Assembly (NCBI GenBank): GCA_964057225.1
Contig: OZ059896.1
Location: forward strand, 3,286,001-3,350,000
DNA length: 64,000 bases
Origin: Auanema rhodensis
Lineage: Eukaryota > Animalia > Nematoda
Direction: 5' to 3'
The position numbers and the translations under genes were made by a program. The notes below the pieces were generated by a model, which was given only the letters and a program-made list of their open reading frames with translations, did not search any database and was not told the DNA's origin. This document shows, in pieces, positions 54,301-64,000 of this stretch (its first letter is position 1; each line of letters begins with the position of its first letter).

Positions 54301-57300
54301 ATCGTTTGAAAAATGATGCATTAGTGTATGTTGAGTTTCCATGTACACTCAAAATTGCTTCCAAAAACATTTTGACAAAATTTTTTCGAAAAATTTCGAA
54401 ATAATTTCGCAAAAAGTAGATGTTTTTAGATTCCTTCTTTCAAGGCAAAAACGATGGACAATGTTATTCAACGAAAAAATTAATTCTTCAGGGTGAAAAT
54501 CGAGGATATAAGTGTGAACTTATATCAGATGATATCTCGGTGCATTTTTAAGCTAGCGCAAATCTGATAACACAGATCGACGCAGCTTAAAAATCCGCAT
54601 CGAATGCACTATATTACATGGAGAAACGCTCATCACAAAAATTAGTTATGATCGTTTGAAAAATGATGCATTAGTGTATGTTGAGTTTCCATGTACACTC
54701 AAAATTGCTTCCAAAAACATTTTGACAAAAATTTTTTCGAAAAATTTCAAAATAATTTAGCAAAAAGTAGATGTTTTTAGATTCCTTTTTTCGAGGCAAA
54801 AACGATGGACAATGTTATTCAACGAAAAAATTAATTCTTCAGGGTGAAAATCGAGGATATAAGTGTGAACTTATATCAGTTGATATCTCGGTGCATTTTT
54901 AAGCTAGCGCAAATCTGATAACATAGATCGACGCAGCTTAAAAGTCCGCATCGAATGCACTATATTACATTGAGGAAAGCTTAATACAAAAATTAGTTAT
55001 GATCGTTTGAAAAATGATGCATTAGTGTATGTTGAGTTTCCATGTACACTCAAAATTGCTTCCAAAAACATTTTGACAAAAATTTTTTCGAAAAATTTCA
55101 AAATAATTTAGCAAAAAGTAGATGTTTTTAGATTCCTTTTTTTGAGGCAAAAACGATGGACAATGTTATTCAACGAAAAAATTAATTCTTCAGGGTGAAA
55201 ATCGAGGATATAAGTGTGAACTTATATCAGTTAATATCTCGGTGCATTTTTAAGCTAGCGCAAATCTGATAACATAGATCGACGCAGCTTAAAAGTCCGC
55301 ATCGAATGCACTATACTACATTAAGAAAAGCTTAATACAAAAATTAGTTATGATCGTTTGAAAAATGATGCATTAGTGTATGTTGAGTTTCCATGTACAC
55401 TCAAAATTGCTTCCAAAAACATTTTGACAAAAATTTTTTCGAAAAATTTCAAAATAATTTAGCAAAAAGTAGATGTTTTTAGATTCCTTTTTTCGAGGCA
55501 AAAACGATGGACAATGTTATTCAACGAAAAAATTAATTCTTCAGGGTGAAAATCGAGGATATAAGTGTGAACTTATATCAGTTGATATCTCGGTGCATTT
55601 TTAAGCTAGCGCAAATCTGATAACACAGATCGAAGCAGCTTAAAAATCCGCATCGAATGCACTATAATACATTAAGAAACGCTCAATACAAAAATCAGTT
55701 ATGATCGTTTGAAAAATGATGCATTAGTGTATGTTGAGTTTCCATGTACACTCAAAATTGCTTCCAAAAACATTTTGACAAAAATTTTTTCGAAAAATTT
55801 CAAAATAATTTAGCAAAAAGTAGATGTTTTTAGATTCCTTTTTTCAAGGCAAAAACGATGGACAATGTTATTCAACGAAAAAATTAATTCTTCAGGGTGA
55901 AAATCGAGGATATAAGTGTGAACTTATATCAGTTGATATCTCGGTGCATTTTTAAGCTAGCGCAAATCTGATAACACAGATCGACGCAGCTTAAAAATCC
56001 GCATCGAATGCACTATATTACATTGAGGAAAGCTTAATACAAAAATTAGTTATGATTGTTTGAAAAATGATGCATTAGTGTATGTTGAGTTTCCATGTAC
56101 ACTCAAAATTGCTTCCAAAAACATTTTGACAAAAATTTTTTCGAAAAATTTCAAAATAATTTAGCAAAAAGTAGATGTTTTTAGATTCCTTCTTTCAAGG
56201 CAAAAACGATGGGCAATGTTATTCAACGAAAAAATTAATTCTTCAGGGTGAAAATCGAGGATATAAGTGTGAACTTATATCAGTTGATATCTCGGTGCAT
56301 TTTTAAGCTAGCGCAAATCTGATAACACAGATCGACGCAGCTTAAAAGTCCGCATCGAATGCACTATACTACATTAAAAAAAGCTTAAAACAAAAATTAG
56401 TTATGATCGTTTGAAAAATGATGCATTAGTGTATGTTGAGTTTCCATGTACACTCAAAATTGCTTCCAAAAACATTTTGACAAAAATTTTTTCGAAAAAT
56501 TTCAAAATAATTTAGCAAAAAGTAGATGTTTTTAGATTCCTTCTTTCAAGGCAAAAACGATGGGCAATGTTATTCAACGAAAAAATTAATTCTTCAGGGT
56601 GAAAATCGAGGATATAAGTGTGAACTTATATCAGTTGATATCTCGGTGCATTTTTAAGCTAGCGCAAATCTGATAACACAGATCGACGCAGCTTAAAAAT
56701 CCGCATCGAATGCATTATACTACATGGAGAAACGCTCATCACAAAAATTAGTTATGATCGTTTGAAAAATGATGCATTAGTGTATGTTGAGTTTACATGT
56801 ACACTCAACATTGCTTCCAAAAACATTTTGACAAAATTTTTTCGAAAAATTTCAAAATAATTTCGCAAAAAGTAGATGTTTTTAGATTCCTTTTTTTGAG
56901 GCAAAAACGATGGACAATGTTATTCAACGAAAAAATTAATTCTTCAGGGTGAAAATCGAGGATATAAGAGTGAACTTATATCAGTTGATATCTCGGTGCA
57001 TTTTTAAGCTAGCGCAAATCTGATAACACAGATCGACGCAGCTTAAAAAACCGCATCGAATGCACTATATTACATTGAGAAAAGCTTAATACAAAAATTA
57101 GTTATGATCGTTTGAAAAATGATGCATTAGTGTATGTTGAGTTTCCATGTACACTCAACATTGCTTCCAAAAACATTTTGACAAAAATTTTTTCGAAAAA
57201 TTTCAAAATAATTTAGCAAAAAGTAGATGTTTTTAGATTCCTTCTTTCAAGGCAAAAACGATGGACAATGTTATTCAACGAAAAAATTAATTCTTCAGGG

Positions 57301-57307
57301 TGAAAAT

Positions 57308-59413
57308 CGAGGATATAAGAGTGAACTTATATCAGTTGATATCTCGGTGCATTTTTAAGCTAGCGCAAATCTGATAACACAGATCGACGCAGCTTAAAAA
57401 TCCGCATCGAATGCATTATACTACATGGAGAAACGCTCATCACAAAAATTAGTTATGATCGTTTGAAAAATGATGCATTAGTGTATGTTGAGTTTCCATG
57501 TACACTCAAAATTGCTTCCAAAAACATTTTGACAAAAATTTTTTCGAAAAATTTCAAAATAATTTAGCAAAAAGTAGATGTTTTTAGATTCCTTCTTTCA
57601 AGGCAAAAACGATGGACAATGTTATTCAACGAAAAAATTAATTCTTCAGGGTGAAAATCGAGGATATAAGTGTGAACTTATATCAGTTGATATCTCGGTG
57701 CATTTTTAAGCTAGCGCAAATCTGATAACACAGATCGACGCAGCTTAAAAGTCCGCATCGAATGCACTATACTACATTAAGAAAAGCTTAATACAAAAAT
57801 TAGTTATGATCGTTTGAAAAATGATGCATTAGTGTATGTTGAGTTTCCATGTACACTCAAAATTGCTTCCAAAAACATTTTGACAAAAATTTTTTCGAAA
57901 AATTTCAAAATAATTTAGCAAAAAGTAGATGTTTTTAGATTCCTTCTTTCAAGGCAAAAACGATGGACAATGTTATTCAACGAAAAAATTAATTCTTCAG
58001 GGTGAAAATCGAGGAAATAAGTGTGAACTTATATCAGTTGATATCTCGGTGCATTTTTAGGCTAGCGCAAATCTGATAACACAGATCGACGCAGCTTAAA
58101 AGTCCGCATCGAATGCACTATACTACATTAAGAAAAGCTTAATACAAAAATTAGTTATGATCGTTTGAAAAATGATGCATTAGTGTATGTTGAGTTTCCA
58201 TGTACACTCAACATTGCTTCCAAAAACATTTTGACAAAAATTTTTTCGAAAAATTTCAAAATAATTTAGCAAAAAGTAGATGTTTTTAGATTCCTTCTTT
58301 CAAGGCAAAAACGATGGACAATGTTATTCAACGAAAAAATTAATTCTTCAGGGTGAAAATCGAGGATATAAGAGTGAACTTATATCAGTTGATATCTCGG
58401 TGCATTTTTAAGCTAGCGCAAATCTGATAACACAGATCGACGCAGCTTAAAAATCCGCATCGAATGCATTATACTACATGGAGAAACGCTCATCACAAAA
58501 ATTAGTTATGATCGTTTGAAAAATGATGCATTAGTGTATGTTGAGTTTCCATGTACACTCAAAATTGCTTCCAAAAACATTTTGACAAAAATTTTTTCGA
58601 AAAATTTCAAAATAATTTAGCAAAAAGTAGATGTTTTTAGATTCCTTCTTTCAAGGCAAAAACGATGGACAATGTTATTCAACGAAAAAATTAATTCTTC
58701 AGGGTGAAAATCGAGGATATAAGTGTGAACTTATATCAGTTGATATCTCGGTGCATTTTTAAGCTAGCGCAAATCTGATAACACAGATCGACGCAGCTTA
58801 AAAGTCCGCATCGAATGCACTATACTACATTAAGAAAAGCTTAATACAAAAATTAGTTATGATCGTTTGAAAAATGATGCATTAGTGTATGTTGAGTTTC
58901 CATGTACACTCAAAATTGCTTTCAAAAACATTTTGACAAAAATTTTTTCGAAAAATTTCAAAATAATTTAGCAAAAAGTAGATGTTTTTAGATTCCTTCT
59001 TTCAAGGCAAAAACGATGGACAATGTTATTCAACGAAAAAATTAATTCTTCAGGGTGAAAATCGAGGAAATAAGTGTGAACTTATATCAGTTGATATCTC
59101 GGTGCATTTTTAGGCTAGCGCAAATCTGATAACACAGATCGACGCAGCTTAAAAGTCCGCATCGAATGCACTATACTACATTAAGAAAAGCTTAATACAA
59201 AAATTAGTTATGATCGTTTGAAAAATGATGCATTAGTGTATGTTGAGTTTCCATGTACACTCAACATTGCTTCCAAAAACATTTTGACAAAAATTTTTTC
59301 GAAAAATTTCAAAATAATTTAGCAAAAAGTAGATGTTTTTAGATTCCTTCTTTCAAGGCAAAAACGATGGACAATGTTATTCAACGAAAAAATTAATTCT
59401 TCAGGGTGAAAAT
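57308..59413 (+). repeat. Trimer higher-order repeat (1053 bp) x2
   Basis: ggaaataag plus ttaggct monomers at 58010 and 59063; aagagtg monomers at 57308, 58361 and 59414. Confidence 0.85.
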
Positions 59414-59764
59414 CGAGGATATAAGAGTGAACTTATATCAGTTGATATCTCGGTGCATTTTTAAGCTAGCGCAAATCTGATAACACAGATCGACGCAGCT
59501 TAAAAATCCGCATCGAATGCATTATACTACATGGAGAAACGCTCATCACAAAAATTAGTTATGATTGTTTGAAAAATGATGCATTAGTGTATGTTGAGTT
59601 TCCATGTACACTCAAAATTGCTTCCAAAAACATTTTGACAAAAATTTTTTCGAAAAATTTCAAAATAATTTAGCAAAAAGTAGATGTTTTTAGATTCCTT
59701 CTTTCAAGGCAAAAACGATGGACAATGTTATTCAACGAAAAAATTAATTCTTCAGGGTGAAAAT

Positions 59765-61869
59765 CGAGGATATAAGTGTGAACTTATATCAGTTGATATC
59801 TCGGTGCATTTTTAAGCTAGCGCAAATCTGCTAACACAGATCGACGCAGCTTAAAAGTCCGCATCGAATGCACTATACTACATTAAGAAAAGCTTAATAC
59901 AAAAATTAGTTATGATCGTTTGAAAAATGATGCATTAGTGTATGTTGAGTTTCCATGTACACTCAAAATTGCTTCCAAAAACATTTTGACAAAAATTTTT
60001 TCGAAAAATTTCAAAATAATTTAGCAAAAAGTAGATGTTTTTAGATTCCTTCTTTCAAGGCAAAAACGATGGACAATGTTATTCAACGAAAAAATTAATT
60101 CTTCAGGGTGAAAATCGAGGATATAAGTGTGAACTTATATCAGTTGATATCTCGGTGATTTTTAAGCTAGCGCAAATCTGATAACACAGATCGACGCAGC
60201 TTAAAAGTCCGCATCGAATGCACTATACTACATTAAGAAAAGCTTAATACAAAAATTAGTTATGATCGTTTGAAAAATGATGCATTAGTGTATGTTGAGT
60301 TTCCATGTACACTCAAAATTGCTTCCAAAAACATTTTGACAAAAATTTTTTCGAAAAATTTCAAAATAATTTAGCAAAAAGTAGATGTTTTTAGATTCCT
60401 TCTTTCAAGGCAAAAACGATGGGCAATGTTATTCAACGAAAAAATTAATTCTTCAGGGTGAAAATCGAGGATATAAGTGTGAACTTATATCAGTTGATAT
60501 CTCGGTGCATTTTTAAGCTAGCGCAAATCTGATAACACAGATCGACGCAGCTTAAAAATCCGCATCGAATGCATTATACTACATGGAGAAACGCTCATCA
60601 CAAAAATTAGTTATGATCGTTTGAAAAATGATGCATTAGTGTATGTTGAGTTTCCATGTACACTCAACATTGCTTCCAAAAACATTTTGACAAAAATTTT
60701 TTCGAAAAATTTCAAAATAATTTAGCAAAAAGTAGATGTTTTTAGATTCCTTCTTTCAAGGCAAAAACGATGGGCAATGTTATTCAACGAAAAAATTAAT
60801 TCTTCAGGGTGAAAATCGAGGATATAAGTGTGAACTTATATCAGTTGATATCTCGGTGCATTTTTAAGCTAGCGCAAATCTGCTAACACAGATCGACGCA
60901 GCTTAAAAGTCCGCATCGAATGCACTATACTACATTAAGAAAAGCTTAATACAAAAATTAGTTATGATCGTTTGAAAAATGATGCATTAGTGTATGTTGA
61001 GTTTCCATGTACACTCAAAATTGCTTCCAAAAACATTTTGACAAAAATTTTTTCGAAAAATTTCAAAATAATTTAGCAAAAAGTAGATGTTTTTAGATTC
61101 CTTCTTTCAAGGCAAAAACGATGGACAATGTTATTCAACGAAAAAATTAATTCTTCAGGGTGAAAATCGAGGATATAAGTGTGAACTTATATCAGTTGAT
61201 ATCTCGGTGCATTTTTAAGCTAGCGCAAATCTGATAACACAGATCGACGCAGCTTAAAAGTCCGCATCGAATGCACTATACTACATTAAGAAAAGCTTAA
61301 TACAAAAATTAGTTATGATCGTTTGAAAAATGATGCATTAGTGTATGTTGAGTTTCCATGTACACTCAAAATTGCTTCCAAAAACATTTTGACAAAAATT
61401 TTTTCGAAAAATTTCAAAATAATTTAGCAAAAAGTAGATGTTTTTAGATTCCTTCTTTCAAGGCAAAAACGATGGGCAATGTTATTCAACGAAAAAATTA
61501 ATTCTTCAGGGTGAAAATCGAGGATATAAGTGTGAACTTATATCAGTTGATATCTCGGTGCATTTTTAAGCTAGCGCAAATCTGATAACACAGATCGACG
61601 CAGCTTAAAAATCCGCATCGAATGCATTATACTACATGGAGAAACGCTCATCACAAAAATTAGTTATGATCGTTTGAAAAATGATGCATTAGTGTATGTT
61701 GAGTTTCCATGTACACTCAACATTGCTTCCAAAAACATTTTGACAAAAATTTTTTCGAAAAATTTCAAAATAATTTAGCAAAAAGTAGATGTTTTTAGAT
61801 TCCTTCTTTCAAGGCAAAAACGATGGACAATGTTATTCAACGAAAAAATTAATTCTTCAGGGTGAAAAT
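59765..61869 (+). repeat. Second trimer higher-order repeat (~1052 bp) x2
   Basis: tctgctaac monomers at 59765 and 60817, each followed by the same two monomer types. The first copy has a 1-bp deletion (ggtgatttt, ~60157). Confidence 0.75.
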
Positions 61870-64000
61870 CGAGGATATAAGAGTGAACTTATATCAGTTG
61901 ATATCTCGGTGCATTTTTAAGCTAGCGCAAATCTGATAACACAGATCGACGCAGCTTAAAAATCCGCATCGAATGCATTATACTACATGGAGAAACGCTC
62001 ATCACAAAAATTAGTTATGATCGTTTGAAAAATGATGCATTAGTGTATGTTGAGTTTCCATGTACACTCAAAATTGCTTCCAAAAACATTTTGACAAAAA
62101 TTTTTTCGAAAAATTTCAAAATAATTTAGCAAAAAGTAGATGTTTTTAGATTCCTTCTTTCAAGGCAAAAACGATGGACAATGTTATTCAACGAAAAAAT
62201 TAATTCTTCAGGGTGAAAATCGAGGATATAAGTGTGAACTTATATCAGTTGATATCTCGGTGCATTTTTAAGCTAGCGCAAATCTGCTAACACAGATCGA
62301 CGCAGCTTAAAAGTCCGCATCGAATGCACTATACTACATTAAGAAAAGCTTAATACAAAAATTAGTTATGATCGTTTGAAAAATGATGCATTAGTGTATG
62401 TTGAGTTTCCATGTACACTCAAAATTGCTTCCAAAAACATTTTGACAAAAATTTTTTCGAAAAATTTCAAAATAATTTAGCAAAAAGTAGATGTTTTTAG
62501 ATTCCTTCTTTCAAGGCAAAAACGATGGGCAATGTTATTCAACGAAAAAAATAATTCTTCAGGGTGAAAATCGAGGATATAAGTGTGAACTTATATCAGT
62601 TGATATCTCGGTGCATTTTTAAGCTAGCGCAAATCTGATAACACAGATCGACGCAGCTTAAAAATCCGCATCGAATGCATTATACTACATGGAGAAACGC
62701 TCATCACAAAAATTAGTTATGATCGTTTGAAAAATGATGCATTAGTGTATGTTGAGTTTACATGTACACTCAACATTGCTTCCAAAAACATTTTGACAAA
62801 ATTTTTTCGAAAAATTTCAAAATAATTTCGCAAAAAGTAGATGTTTTTAGATTCCTTTTTTTGAGGCAAAAACGATGGACAATGTTATTCAACGAAAAAA
62901 TTAATTCTTCAGGGTGAAAATCGAGGATATAAGTGTGAACTTATATCAGTTAATATCTCGGTGCATTTTTAAGCTAGCGCAAATCTGATAACACAGATCG
63001 ACGCAGCTTAAAAAACCGCATCGAATGCACTATATTACATTGAGAAAAGCTTAATACAAAAATTAGTTATGATCGTTTGAAAAATGATGCATTAGTGTAT
63101 GTTGAGTTTCCATGTACACTCAACATTGCTTCCAAAAACATTTTGACAAAAATTTTTTCGAAAAATTTCAAAATAATTTAGCAAAAAGTAGATGTTTTTA
63201 GATTCCTTCTTTCAAGGCAAAAACGATGGACAATGTTATTCAACGAAAAAATTAATTCTTCAGGGTGAAAATCGAGGATATAAGAGTGAACTTATATCAG
63301 TTGATATCTCGGTGCATTTTTAAGCTAGCGCAAATCTGATAACACAGATCGACGCAGCTTAAAAATCCGCATCGAATGCATTATACTACATGGAGAAACG
63401 CTCATCACAAAAATTAGTTATGATCGTTTGAAAAATGATGCATTAGTGTATGTTGAGTTTCCATGTACACTCAAAATTGCTTCCAAAAACATTTTGACAA
63501 AAATTTTTTCGAAAAATTTCAAAATAATTTAGCAAAAAGTAGATGTTTTTAGATTCCTTCTTTCAAGGCAAAAACGATGGACAATGTTATTCAACGAAAA
63601 AATTAATTCTTCAGGGTGAAAATCGAGGATATAAGTGTGAACTTATATCAGTTGATATCTCGGTGCATTTTTAAGCTAGCGCAAATCTGATAACACAGAT
63701 CGACGCAGCTTAAAAGTCCGCATCGAATGCACTATACTACATTAAGAAAAGCTTAATACAAAAATTAGTTATGATCGTTTGAAAAATGATGCATTAGTGT
63801 ATGTTGAGTTTCCATGTACACTCAAAATTGCTTCCAAAAACATTTTGACAAAAATTTTTTCGAAAAATTTCAAAATAATTTAGCAAAAAGTAGATGTTTT
63901 TAGATTCCTTCTTTCAAGGCAAAAACGATGGACAATGTTATTCAACGAAAAAATTAATTCTTCAGGGTGAAAATCGAGGAAATAAGTGTGAACTTATATC

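Larger units (their letters stand above)
1..64000 (+). repeat. Tandem satellite DNA array, 351/350-bp monomer, ~183 head-to-tail copies, continuing beyond both window ends
   Basis: The motif cgaggatataagtgtgaac recurs at 1, 352, 703, 1053, 1404, 1755, 2106 and so on up to 63273, 63624 and 63975. All copies share one orientation and differ at only a few recurrent sites. Confidence 0.99.

Noticed and set aside
1-64000. CRISPR-like or cassette array (conserved blocks alternating with variable blocks)
   Set aside because: The variable blocks are point variants of one sequence, not unique spacers, and there are no cas or integrase genes.

Overview
The whole 64-kb window is one uninterrupted head-to-tail satellite DNA array on a single orientation. 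It holds about 183 copies of an AT-rich monomer of 351 bp (350 bp in a common variant); the first copy is about 30% GC by my count. I see no gene, RNA gene, transposon insertion, CRISPR array or unique sequence, and the three 63-aa ORFs are chance read-throughs of particular monomer variants. Copies differ at a small set of recurrent diagnostic sites, mainly monomer positions 31, 73, 81, 93-94, 109-135, 203, 227-237, 259 and 284-296. These sites reveal nested higher-order repeats (2-, 3-, 5- and 8-mers), multi-kb segmental duplications and a left-to-right turnover of variants. Periodicity is broken at three larger lesions: a 45-bp deletion (~9070), a 178-bp deletion with an 18-bp templated-looking filler (34607-34624) and a 9-bp microhomology deletion (~39520). 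The monomer is dense in dyad symmetries and A/T tracts and is not CpG-depleted. This fits (peri)centromeric heterochromatin of a eukaryote with little repeat methylation, possibly an invertebrate, but that is inference and I cannot assign species or a named family. I found no evidence for a novel protein-coding system. All alignments and counts were done by eye.
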